Shown here: one piece after another, positions 19,631-28,879 of the stretch | Position numbering within the stretch: position 1 is the first letter of the stretch | Layout: each line of letters begins with the position of its first letter | Assembly (NCBI RefSeq): GCF_052168295.1 | Contig: NZ_JBQLZN010000056.1 | Span: 758-64,757, forward strand | Length of the DNA stretch: 64,000 bases | Source: Parasphingopyxis sp. | Lineage (GTDB): Bacteria > Pseudomonadota > Alphaproteobacteria > Sphingomonadales > Sphingomonadaceae | Direction of reading: 5' to 3' | Made by a program: the position numbers and the translations under genes | The notes under the pieces: model-generated | What the model saw: the letters and a program-made list of their open reading frames with translations, nothing else | What the model was told of the DNA's origin: nothing | Databases searched by the model: none

Positions 19631-20716
19631 TCAGGCCTGTACGACCCGATGATTTTCGAAACGGACGCGGCGTGCGAGATCGAAATTCTGGAAATCGCCG
19701 CCGTCGACAGAGTCGAGCAGCGCGTTGGCAGCGCTTCGCGACTCGCCCTCCAGACCGCGATAGAAATCGAGCGGTCGTTGCAGCATCCAGAGCGAAAAGG
19801 TGGAGGCGAAACGCTGGCCCACAACGCTCTCGATTTCGTAAGGCGCCATGCCGACGGCGCGCGGGACGTCGGCGTCCGGATTGTCGTTGGCCCAATCGGC
19901 ATAGAGCTTCGCGACCGCCTGCAGGTGCGGGAGCTGCTCGGCCATCATGCGCCGCAGGATCGGGATCAGCGTCTCGGGAATCGCGTCATCGCTCAGAAAC
20001 TCGCCGGACAGCGGCGCGGGCGGATCAATCATGCGCTCGACCCATGATGCGACATTGGGCGCGAGGCGTTTCATCAGCTTGCCGGATTCCGGGTCGCGAT
20101 AGAGATGCGCGTAGAGCGGGCCGATCAGCCCATAATCGCCGATAGAGGGCCGTATGCCGAACAGATAGTCATGGTCCGCGAAATGCGCGTCGAGATCGGC
20201 GAGCAGCGCCTCGTAGCTCTTCTCGATCGCGGGTATCGTCGCGTCGTTGATGCCCAGCATCGGGACGAAGCCTTTGAACCGTTCGCCCGTCTGCCTGCCG
20301 CGCGCGACCTGTTCCTCCGGCGTACCGTCTGGCAGCGCGCTGCGGCCGAACTCGCCGTAGATCCACTCCTCATTGTAATTCCAACGATAATGCATGGCCG
20401 GGATTACCAGCCATTCGTCGCCATAAAGTTCGAAGAGCAAGGCTGCGAGCCTCTGCGCCGGCGTGTCGGGATAGACGGACGGGCCGCCCGCTTCGGCCTC
20501 GAAATGATCGATGATCACCGTCGTATCCTGCAGGATCGTGCCGTCCGATTTCTCGACTACAGGCACGACCGGATAGCCGACATTGGGGATGATGATTTCC
20601 TGCATCACCTTCGGCGAGGGCGGTCGTTCCTCGTAATCGATCCGTTTCCAGTCGAGATAGGCGCGCGCTTTGCCCGAAAAGAGCGACGCCGGTGCGCCGT
20701 AAAGAATATGCGACAT
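19631..20716 (-). CDS. Glutathione S-transferase family protein
   Basis: LYG.PASLFSGKARAYL..K, QDTTVIID and YLFG.RPSIGD.GL motifs. Confidence 0.8.
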   Translation of the reverse strand: MSHILYGAPASLFSGKARAYLDWKRIDYEERPPSPKVMQEIIIPNVGYPVVPVVEKSDGTILQDTTVIIDHFEAEAGGPSVYPDTPAQRLAALLFELYGDEWLVIPAMHYRWNYNEEWIYGEFGRSALPDGTPEEQVARGRQTGERFKGFVPMLGINDATIPAIEKSYEALLADLDAHFADHDYLFGIRPSIGDYGLIGPLYAHLYRDPESGKLMKRLAPNVASWVERMIDPPAPLSGEFLSDDAIPETLIPILRRMMAEQLPHLQAVAKLYADWANDNPDADVPRAVGMAPYEIESVVGQRFASTFSLWMLQRPLDFYRGLEGESRSAANALLDSVDGGDFQNFDLARRVRFENHRVVQA

Positions 20717-20718
20717 GC

Positions 20719-21165
20719 TCAGCCGCGTCCGCGATAGGGGGCGACGCCCTGGTCGGGCAGCCACAGCCCCTCGGGCGGCGGGCCGGATTGCCAGAAGACG
20801 TCGATCGGAATCCCGCCGCGCGGATACCAATAGCCGCCGATGCGCAGCCATTGCGGCTGCATCTCTTCGAACAGGCGTTTGCCGATGCCGACCGTGCAAT
20901 CTTCGTGGAATGCCTGATGGTTACGGAAGCTTCCGAGAAACAGTTTTAAAGATTTGCTCTCAACTATCGTCTCGCCGGGTGCGTAATCGATGACGAGATG
21001 CGCGAAATCGGGCTGGCTCGTAACCGGGCACAGCGAGGTGAATTCCGGCGCGGCGAAGCGCACGAGATAGAGTTCGCCAGCGCGCGGGTTGGGGACATAG
21101 TCGAGCGCTGCCTCTTCGGGAGAAGCGGGCAGCGCGGATGTCTTGCCGAGATGGGTAGGTTCCAT
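20719..21165 (-). CDS. queF: NADPH-dependent preQ0 reductase (type I)
   Basis: [30 protein letters not shown] and PRGGIPI motifs. Confidence 0.96.
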   Translation of the reverse strand: MEPTHLGKTSALPASPEEAALDYVPNPRAGELYLVRFAAPEFTSLCPVTSQPDFAHLVIDYAPGETIVESKSLKLFLGSFRNHQAFHEDCTVGIGKRLFEEMQPQWLRIGGYWYPRGGIPIDVFWQSGPPPEGLWLPDQGVAPYRGRG

Positions 21166-21288
21166 GACCGCCCATCTAGGCTATCTGCCGCTTCATGTCA
21201 TTCCTGCTGCACGGTTCATCGGCGATTAACGCAGAGGCGCTTTGATCCGGGTCGCTATCGAGCGGGGAACAGGATAGGGACGCAACCC

Positions 21289-22554
21289 GTGAAACGGTTA
21301 TTGGCATATGGGCTCGGCCTGGCGATCGGCGCGATGACGCCGATGGCGGCGGCCATGGCGCAGGAAGCGGACGACCGGGAGGCTGTTGCGCGTCAGGCGC
21401 CGGTCTTCGATTTGCAGCCCGGCGAGCGCCGCCCGCAGCCGCAACCCGATGTTCAAGGCCCGCGTGCGCCCGGCATGCCCGCGCCCCGGCTGCTGGGCCA
21501 GGAGGAGGATAGGCCGCCGCCGACTACGGCGCGTCCCGCACCCGGTCCCACGCAAGCCGATCCGGTTCGAGAACCGAGCCTGGGCGATCCACGCCCGGTT
21601 GCCGAACGACCGGCGGCTGCGTTGCCTCCGGCTGCCGAGCAAACGGGTTCGGTACCCGCCCAGGCGGCTCCGCAAGAGACAGCCGACCAAGCGACAACCG
21701 ATGCCGTACCGCCCGCTGTTGCCGAAAGCGACGTCGTCCAGCCGGTCGCGCCAACGGAGGCCGCACCCGAATTCGCCGTTACCGCCGCTGAGGAAAGCGG
21801 ATTGCCTTGGTGGATCTGGCTGGCCGGAATGTTGGGTGTGGCGATGCTCGGTGCCGCGGTCATGGCTATCCGCAAACGGTCGGCGCGGATGTCCGGCCAA
21901 GAACGCGCTCTCGAGCCGGCTGGCACGGCGGTACGGGTTCGGCCCGCAGACGATGAGGGCGCACGCCCGGCAACCGCTGTTCCCGCCGCCAAAGGGCCGC
22001 CAACCGTTCTACCGCCAGCCGGTCCGCCGCCGGCGATGCCGGAACCGGCGCCAGCGCAGGGCGATGGCCCGTCCCGGATTGAGATCGATTTCGTGCCGCT
22101 AACCGCACGGCTGTCCACGCTCGGCCTTACGCTCGCCTATCGGCTCGTGCTCACAAATGTCAGCGACGAGACGCTGACCGACATCGCCGTACGGCTGGGC
22201 ATCCGTTCGGCGGACGATGCGGCTATGGAGACTGCGCCGGATACCGGGGAAGCATGCGTCAGCCTCGACAGTCTGGAGCCCGGCAAGACGCATACGCACA
22301 GCGCGCAGATCCGCCTCGATCCGAAGACGTACAAGCCCGTTCAGTCGGATGGGAAGGCCATGCTCGTGCCGATCGTCGACATGATGCCGCGCTATCGCGA
22401 TGCGGACGGCATGGTGCACGAGATGCACGCGACGATGCTGGTCGGGCGAGAGCTCGAACCGCCGCGCCCGAAAATGCAGCCCTTCTGGCTCGAGCGCGGT
22501 TTCGGTCAGTTTCGCGGCATCGGGTGCCGGATGCTCAACGTCCGCACGACATGA
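21289..22554 (+). CDS. Hypothetical single-pass membrane protein (signal peptide, Pro/Ala-rich linkers, C-terminal globular domain)
   Basis: GTG start giving MKRLLAYGLGLAIGA signal peptide. TM segment GLPWWIWLAGMLGVAMLGAAVMAI followed by RKR. Confidence 0.65.
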   Translation: MKRLLAYGLGLAIGAMTPMAAAMAQEADDREAVARQAPVFDLQPGERRPQPQPDVQGPRAPGMPAPRLLGQEEDRPPPTTARPAPGPTQADPVREPSLGDPRPVAERPAAALPPAAEQTGSVPAQAAPQETADQATTDAVPPAVAESDVVQPVAPTEAAPEFAVTAAEESGLPWWIWLAGMLGVAMLGAAVMAIRKRSARMSGQERALEPAGTAVRVRPADDEGARPATAVPAAKGPPTVLPPAGPPPAMPEPAPAQGDGPSRIEIDFVPLTARLSTLGLTLAYRLVLTNVSDETLTDIAVRLGIRSADDAAMETAPDTGEACVSLDSLEPGKTHTHSAQIRLDPKTYKPVQSDGKAMLVPIVDMMPRYRDADGMVHEMHATMLVGRELEPPRPKMQPFWLERGFGQFRGIGCRMLNVRTT

Positions 22555-22602
22555 TCATACGGACGGGTTGATGCACGGGCTCTTCCGCGCGACCCGCTGA
22601 CC

Positions 22603-24138
22603 ATGGCAAACTCCAAGCCCGTCTTGATACCGATCCTCGGCGACCAGTTGAGCCGCGACCTGTCGTCTCTGGCTGGCGTTGACGCCGAGAATGCCGTGTT
22701 GCTCATGATGGAGGTCGACGAAGAGACGACTTATGTGCGGCATCACAAAGCGAAGATCGCCTTCATCCTCGCCGCGATGCGGCATCATGCCGAGGATATG
22801 CAGGATCGCGGCTGGACCGTCGACTATGTGAAGCTCGACGATCCGGACAATAGCGGCAGCTTTTCTGGCGAGATTGCGCGCGCCATCGAACGCCATGATC
22901 CGGCCTCGATCTGCGTGACCGAACCTGGCGAATGGCGCGTCCGCGCGATGATGGAGGAATGGGAAGAGAAGTTCGGCATTAAAGTCGAGATATGCCCGGA
23001 CAGCCGTTTCCTCTGCGATCATGCCGAATTCGAGGAGTGGGCCGAGGGCCGCAAACAGCTGCGCATGGAGTATTTCTACCGCGAGATGCGGCGCAAGACG
23101 GGCCTGCTGATGGACGGCGACGATCCCGAAGGCGGCAAGTGGAACTACGATCAGGACAATCGCAAGCCGGCCGACCAGGACCTGTTCATGCCGAAGCCTA
23201 TCGCCTTTCGGCCCGACGAGACGACGCAGGAAGTACTCGATCTCGTCGCCGACCGGTTCGCCGATCATCCGGGCGGCCTCGACAATTTCCAGTTCGCTAT
23301 CACGCGCGCGGAGGCGCTGCGCGCCCGCCGCCACTTCCTCGACGAGTGTCTGGCGCGTTTCGGCGACTATCAGGACGCGATGCTGACCGGCGAGCCGTTT
23401 CTCTATCACTCGCTGCTTTCGCCATACCTCAACATAGGCCTGCTCGATCCAGTTGATCTGTGCCGCGAGGCGGAGAAGAAATACGCCGAGGGCGACGCGC
23501 CGCTGAACGCGGTCGAGGGTTTTATTCGCCAGATCATCGGCTGGCGCGAATATGTGCGCGGCATCTATTGGCGCGAGGGGCCGGACTATGCGGAGAACAA
23601 CTTCTTCGACGCGGCCCGCGATCTGCCCGATTTCTACTATTCGGGCGATACGGACATGCACTGCCTGTCCCAGGCGATAGGACAGACGCTCGACTATGCC
23701 TATGCGCATCATATCCAGCGCCTGATGATCACGGGCACGTTCGCCCTGCTGGCGGGCGTCGATCCGCACCAGCTCCATATCTGGTATCTGGAGGTCTATG
23801 CCGACGCCTATGAATGGGTGGAAGTGCCCAATACCGTGGGCATGAGCCAGTTCGCCGATGGCGGCCTGCTCGCGTCCAAGCCCTATGCGGCGTCCGGCAA
23901 TTACATCAACAAAATGTCCGACTATTGCAGCCATTGCCGCTATGATGTGAAGGCGAAGACGGGCGAGGATGCCTGCCCGTTCAATGCGCTCTATTGGGAT
24001 TTTCTCGCGCGCAACGAGGAAAAGCTTGGCGACAATCGCCGGCTCGCCATGCCGTACCGGACCTGGGCGAAGAAGGAGAAGGGCGAGAAGATCGCGCTCC
24101 GCAACAGCGCGCGCAGCTTTCTGGAATCACTGGACTAG
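22603..24138 (+). CDS. phrB: Fe-S bacterial cryptochrome/photolyase (PhrB/CryB, FeS-BCP class)
   Basis: LILGDQL, HHKAKI, LRMEYFYR.MR, GG.WNYD.DNR, YAHHIQRLM and C-terminal Cys (YCSHC..ACPF). Confidence 0.88.
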   Translation: MANSKPVLIPILGDQLSRDLSSLAGVDAENAVLLMMEVDEETTYVRHHKAKIAFILAAMRHHAEDMQDRGWTVDYVKLDDPDNSGSFSGEIARAIERHDPASICVTEPGEWRVRAMMEEWEEKFGIKVEICPDSRFLCDHAEFEEWAEGRKQLRMEYFYREMRRKTGLLMDGDDPEGGKWNYDQDNRKPADQDLFMPKPIAFRPDETTQEVLDLVADRFADHPGGLDNFQFAITRAEALRARRHFLDECLARFGDYQDAMLTGEPFLYHSLLSPYLNIGLLDPVDLCREAEKKYAEGDAPLNAVEGFIRQIIGWREYVRGIYWREGPDYAENNFFDAARDLPDFYYSGDTDMHCLSQAIGQTLDYAYAHHIQRLMITGTFALLAGVDPHQLHIWYLEVYADAYEWVEVPNTVGMSQFADGGLLASKPYAASGNYINKMSDYCSHCRYDVKAKTGEDACPFNALYWDFLARNEEKLGDNRRLAMPYRTWAKKEKGEKIALRNSARSFLESLD

Positions 24139-24209
24139 GCGATTGCCCAACGCCGAGGCCAAAGCTAAGGATTGCGGGACTCGACACTCACGGCAGGAAA
24201 TCATCGCCC

Positions 24210-25055
24210 ATGGACATGCTCGTCTCGACCGAATGGCTGGCCGGAGAACTCGGTGCCAGCGATCTGCACATCATCGATGCGACCCAGTTTCTTCCGGATT
24301 CCGGCCGCGATGCGAAGGCCGAATACGGGTTCGAACATATTCCCGGCGCCGTGTTCATGGACCTTGAGGAAATCCGCGACACATCGAATCCCGTACCCGG
24401 CATGCTGCCTTCGGCGGAGAAATTCGCGAGCCGGATGCAGTCGCTCGGCGTCGGCGATGGCAGCCGCATCGTGATCTACGATAATTCACCGCTTCACAGC
24501 GCGGCGCGGGCGTGGTGGATGACGAAGGATGTGTTCGGCGCGCACAATGTTGCCGTACTCGATGGCGGCCTCGCCAAATGGAAGACGGAAGGGAATGCCG
24601 TCGAACAGGGCAAGCAGCAGGTCCGCCACCGCCATTTCACGCCGTTCCATGACGACAGCGCCGTGCGCGATCTTGAGGCGATGAAGGAACTGGCGGGTTC
24701 CGACGAAGTCGAAATCGTCGATGCGCGTCCCGAAGAACGGTTCAAGGGCGAAGGCCCTGAACCGCGGCCGGATATCGCGCCGGGCCACATTCCAGGTTCG
24801 AAAAACGTGCCGCATGCCAATCTGTTCAACGAGGACGGTACCTGGAAGCGCGGCGCGGCGCTGCGCGCGGCTTTCGAGGATGCGGGCGTTGACCTCGACA
24901 AGCCGATGGTGACGACCTGCGGCGGCGGCACGACGGCGGCGGTTCTGCTGTTCGGCGCGAAGCTGCTGGGGAAGACCGACGTCGCGCTCTATGACGGCAG
25001 TTGGGCTGAATGGGGCAGCCAACCCGATACCGAAAAAGCGACGGGAGCCGCGTGA
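24210..25055 (+). CDS. sseA: 3-mercaptopyruvate sulfurtransferase (double rhodanese)
   Basis: LVSTEWL, HIPGA, GHIPGS, active-site TCGGG and LYDGSWAEWG. Confidence 0.9.
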   Translation: MDMLVSTEWLAGELGASDLHIIDATQFLPDSGRDAKAEYGFEHIPGAVFMDLEEIRDTSNPVPGMLPSAEKFASRMQSLGVGDGSRIVIYDNSPLHSAARAWWMTKDVFGAHNVAVLDGGLAKWKTEGNAVEQGKQQVRHRHFTPFHDDSAVRDLEAMKELAGSDEVEIVDARPEERFKGEGPEPRPDIAPGHIPGSKNVPHANLFNEDGTWKRGAALRAAFEDAGVDLDKPMVTTCGGGTTAAVLLFGAKLLGKTDVALYDGSWAEWGSQPDTEKATGAA

Positions 25056-26254
25056 GCGGCGGCTCATCGGATAACAAGCCACCGACCCGCCTCGTAACCG
25101 GCGGTCGGCGTAAGGAATGGACGGGCGCGGTGGTCAATCCGCCGATCTGGCGGGCTAGCACCCATCTCTACGATAACGTTGCCAATCTGCGGGCGGCAAA
25201 GAGATCCAATGAAGATGGCCGCTTCTTTTACGGACGGCGCGGCTCGCCGACCCAATGGGCGCTCGCTGAAGCGCTGACCGAGATGGAGCCCGGCGCGTGC
25301 GGCACCATGCTCTTCCCGTCGGGCGTGGCCGCCATTGCCTGCGCGCTGTTGGCTGTTCTCACGCCGGGCGATGTCCTGCTGATGACCGACAGCAGTTACG
25401 ATCCGACGCGCAGCTATGCCGACGCATTCCTCAAGAAATGGGGCGTCGAGACGCGCTATTACGATCCGCTGGTCGGCGCCGGTATCGCCGATCTTATCTG
25501 CGAAAAAACCCGCGCGATCATGATGGAAAGCCCGGGCAGCCTGACCTTCGAGGTGCAGGATGTGCCGGCGATCTGCAAAATTGCGAAAGAGCGCGAGATA
25601 ACGACGCTGCTCGACAACACCTGGGCCGCTGCCCATTTCTTCCGGGGGATCGAACAGGGCGTCGATATCGCGATCCTTGCCGGCACAAAATATATCGTCG
25701 GGCACAGCGATGTGATGCTCGGCTCGGTTACGACGCATGACAAATATTGGGCGCGTGTGCGCCGGACTGCGCAGCAACTTGGGCAGGTCGTATCGCCGGA
25801 CGATGCCTATCTCGCGCTGCGCGGCTTGCGGACGCTGGACGTGCGCCTGCGCCAGCATGAAGCGGGCGGGTTGAAAGTCGCGCGCTGGCTGGCCGAGCAG
25901 CCGCGGGTCGCCCGGGTCCTGCACCCGGCGCTGCCTGATTGCCCCGGTCACGACATCTGGCAACGCGACTTTTCCGGGGCGGCTGGCCTGTTCTCCTTCG
26001 TCATGGACGGCGGGGGCGAGGAGGCGGTGGCGGCGCTGATCGACGATCTTGCGCTATTCGGTATCGGTTACAGCTGGGGCGGCTATGAAAGCCTCGCACT
26101 GCCCGTCGATCCGACGCCTGACCGTACGGCGACGTCCTGGGACGCTGAAGGCCCGGTCATCCGCCTCAACATCGGTCTCGAAGACCCCGACGATCTGATC
26201 GCCGATCTTGCGAAGGGCCTGGAAAGGTACGAGAAGGCGGCATGCAGGAAGTAA
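25052..26254 (+). CDS. metC: Cystathionine beta-lyase
   Basis: VNPPIWRAST, YGRRG, DNTWA, TKYIVGHSDV (PLP lysine) and GYSWGGYESL. Confidence 0.92.
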   Translation: MSGGSSDNKPPTRLVTGGRRKEWTGAVVNPPIWRASTHLYDNVANLRAAKRSNEDGRFFYGRRGSPTQWALAEALTEMEPGACGTMLFPSGVAAIACALLAVLTPGDVLLMTDSSYDPTRSYADAFLKKWGVETRYYDPLVGAGIADLICEKTRAIMMESPGSLTFEVQDVPAICKIAKEREITTLLDNTWAAAHFFRGIEQGVDIAILAGTKYIVGHSDVMLGSVTTHDKYWARVRRTAQQLGQVVSPDDAYLALRGLRTLDVRLRQHEAGGLKVARWLAEQPRVARVLHPALPDCPGHDIWQRDFSGAAGLFSFVMDGGGEEAVAALIDDLALFGIGYSWGGYESLALPVDPTPDRTATSWDAEGPVIRLNIGLEDPDDLIADLAKGLERYEKAACRK

Positions 26255-27579
26255 TCGCACTGCTGACGCGCGCGGGAATCCCGCTTCCCGCCGACCTCAA
26301 CTGGCTGGCGGCGATACTCGGCTTTGTCATCGTCGGCATCGGTATGGCGCTCGGCTGGGTGATCAGCAGGCTCGCGGGCGCTAACCTGAAAGGCTTCTGG
26401 GAACGCATCGCCGGCGAACGCGCCGAAGGCCTGGCCAGCCGCATGGTCAAGATCATCTATCATGCGTCGGTTTCGATCGTCCTCGCGATCGCCTTTTTCT
26501 CCTTCGATTGGTGGACTTATACGGACCTGATCATCGGTGCGGGCTGGGGGCTTTGTGCGGGCTATCTGGTCTGGCACATCATCCGGGCGACGGGCTTTGC
26601 CCGGTGGATAGCCGTTGCAGCGGGCGTGCTCACCTTCGCCGTTATCCTGTCAAACGCCGTGGGCGGGCTCGAACGCGTTACGCTGGTGCTCGACCGTATC
26701 GGCGTCGATGTGGGCGATACGCGCATCTCGCTCCTGACGTTGCTGACGATTGCGATTACCGGTCTGGTGCTATTCGCGATCGTGCGTATCGTGCGCCGCG
26801 TCATCAGCCATTCGATCCAGCGCTCCTCCGCGCTCGATCCCGCGCAAAAGCTGCTTGCCGACAAGATCGCGATGATCGTCATCATCGTCGTCGCCTTCTT
26901 CGTCGGTATCGATATTCTCGGTATCGACCTGACCGCGCTCGCCTTTTTCGGCGGTGCATTCGGCCTCGCCATCGGCTTCGGCATGCAGAAGACGATCGGC
27001 AACCTGATCGCCGGGATCATTCTGCTCATGGACCGCTCGATCAAGCCGGGCGACGTGATCGCCGTCGGCGACAGTTTCGGCTGGGTCAACAAGATCGGCA
27101 TCCGCGCCGTTTCGATCATCACGCGGGACGGCAAGGAACATCTCATCCCGAACGAAATCCTGATGACCGAAGAGGTCGAGAACTGGTCCTATTCCAGCCT
27201 CGAGGTACGCGTGAACATCCCGATCGGAGTCTCCTACAGCGCCGATCTCGATCTTGCGCACAAGCTGATGCTGGAAACCGCCGACGAGAGCGACCGCGTG
27301 CTCAGCAATCCGAAGCCGCGCTGCTGGATCGTGGAGTTCGGCGATTCATCGGTGAATTTCGAGCTGAGGATCTGGATCAAGGATCCCGAAGGCGGCGTCG
27401 GCAATGTCCGCGGCGATATCTATGCGCGCGTGTGGAACAAGTTCAAGGACAACGATATCGAAATCCCGTTCCCGCAGCGCGACCTGCATATCAAGGAATG
27501 GCCGAAGAACATGCCGGATGCCCCGGAGCCGCAAAGCGCGACGATCAAGACAGCGACAGCTTCGGGAAAACTGGACTAG
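26242..27579 (+). CDS. Small-conductance mechanosensitive channel (MscS family)
   Basis: Multiple TM helices, GAFGLAIGFGMQ..NLIAG, IKPGD and IEIPFPQRDLH. Confidence 0.9.
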   Translation: MQEVIALLTRAGIPLPADLNWLAAILGFVIVGIGMALGWVISRLAGANLKGFWERIAGERAEGLASRMVKIIYHASVSIVLAIAFFSFDWWTYTDLIIGAGWGLCAGYLVWHIIRATGFARWIAVAAGVLTFAVILSNAVGGLERVTLVLDRIGVDVGDTRISLLTLLTIAITGLVLFAIVRIVRRVISHSIQRSSALDPAQKLLADKIAMIVIIVVAFFVGIDILGIDLTALAFFGGAFGLAIGFGMQKTIGNLIAGIILLMDRSIKPGDVIAVGDSFGWVNKIGIRAVSIITRDGKEHLIPNEILMTEEVENWSYSSLEVRVNIPIGVSYSADLDLAHKLMLETADESDRVLSNPKPRCWIVEFGDSSVNFELRIWIKDPEGGVGNVRGDIYARVWNKFKDNDIEIPFPQRDLHIKEWPKNMPDAPEPQSATIKTATASGKLD

Positions 27580-27914
27580 GCATCGAGGATGTCGCCGAGC
27601 AGGGCGAGCCGTTCGCGGAGGTGACGCGCGAGCCGGTCAGCGGCAACAGAGGCGGCCTCGCCTTTACCGAGCAGGACCTGCGCACCGGCACTCGCCGCGA
27701 GCGCTGCATCCGCAGCCACGGCATCGAAACAGCGTCTCGCTATTCCCGATGCTCGCGCATAAGCCGCGTTAAGCGCAGTCTCATCTGCGATCGATGCGGC
27801 GTCGCCTCCGGTTCGCGCCATTTGCTCTATAATTTGCAGAATCGTATAGATTTGCGAAACCTGTCCGGGCTCAGGCGTATCCGGCTCTACGGCGATCTGG
27901 TGCTGCGCGGTCAT
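27576..27914 (-). CDS. Small hypothetical Ala-rich helical protein
   Basis: 112-aa ORF filling the gap, with a GGAGA-type RBS upstream. No family recognised. Confidence 0.55.
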   Translation of the reverse strand: MTAQHQIAVEPDTPEPGQVSQIYTILQIIEQMARTGGDAASIADETALNAAYARASGIARRCFDAVAADAALAASAGAQVLLGKGEAASVAADRLARHLRERLALLGDILDA

Positions 27915-27978
27915 TTCGGTCTTTCTCCGTACGCCCGCGATTCTGGCGCATAGCTGCTAAGAATTGCCTAAACCGCTT

Positions 27979-28008
27979 TGCGGCGCACCAAATTGTTGCA
28001 GTGCAGCA
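27979..28008. promoter_or_regulatory. Tandem PhaR-type boxes
   Basis: TGCGGCGCACCA (27979-27990) and TGCAGTGCAGCA (27997-28008) both fit TGC-R-N-Y-GCA-S-M-A. Confidence 0.55.
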
Positions 28009-28171
28009 ACATACAGTTACGAATTTTCGATAATCTGAGTAATATCGTTGTGTGCAGATGCGAAACTATGCATGATCGCAACCATACGCTTTATCGATCC
28101 GCCATTTCGGGACAGAGATCGGGGAGTGCGCAGGGACGAATGTAGATGCATTCGACTATAAAGGACATATT

Positions 28172-28879
28172 ATGCGCAACTCCATTCTCGGCCTCGCTCT
28201 TCTCGCGTCGACAGCGATAGCGGCGCCCGCTCACGCCAACGACCTGGGCGGCGGCTTCAGCGTCTCCGGCAACGCCGCACTCGTCACCGATTACCGGTTC
28301 CGCGGCGTTTCCTTCTCCGACGAAGATATCGCGATCCAGGGCGGCATCGATATCGAGCATGAGAGCGGATTCTACGTCGGGACATGGGCGTCGTCGATCG
28401 AAGACAGCCCGGTTTTCGGCCACACCGAGCTCGATATCTATGCCGGCTGGTCGGGCGAAATCACGTCCGGTCTCACGCTCGACGTGGGCGTGCTCGCCTA
28501 TATCTACCCGAACGGCAATGTCGGCGATGCCGATTATGTCGAGCCCTATGCGTCGCTCTCCTATGCGATCGGGCCCGCGGAATTCACGACTGGCGTCGCC
28601 TGGGCGCCGAGCCAGCGTTCGATCGGCAATGACGACAACGTCTACGTGTATACGGAGGCCAGTGTCGGCATTCCTGAGACGCCGCTCACCGTCAGCGGGC
28701 ATCTCGGCTACACGAATGGCAGCCTTTCGATCGACAATGACGACGATTATGTCGATTGGTCGCTCGGCGTGGAGGCAGCCTTCGGCATATTGTCGATCGG
28801 CGTCGCCTATGTGGACACGGCAGTGAACAATCCGCTGAGCGACGGCACGGTGGTCGGTACGCTCGGCGTCGCCTTCTAG
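28172..28879 (+). CDS. TorF family putative outer-membrane porin (TIGR02001-like)
   Basis: Signal peptide, TDYRFRGVS, AIQGG.D..H.SGFYVG.W.S, ELDIYAG and a C-terminal Phe. Confidence 0.85.
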   Translation: MRNSILGLALLASTAIAAPAHANDLGGGFSVSGNAALVTDYRFRGVSFSDEDIAIQGGIDIEHESGFYVGTWASSIEDSPVFGHTELDIYAGWSGEITSGLTLDVGVLAYIYPNGNVGDADYVEPYASLSYAIGPAEFTTGVAWAPSQRSIGNDDNVYVYTEASVGIPETPLTVSGHLGYTNGSLSIDNDDDYVDWSLGVEAAFGILSIGVAYVDTAVNNPLSDGTVVGTLGVAF

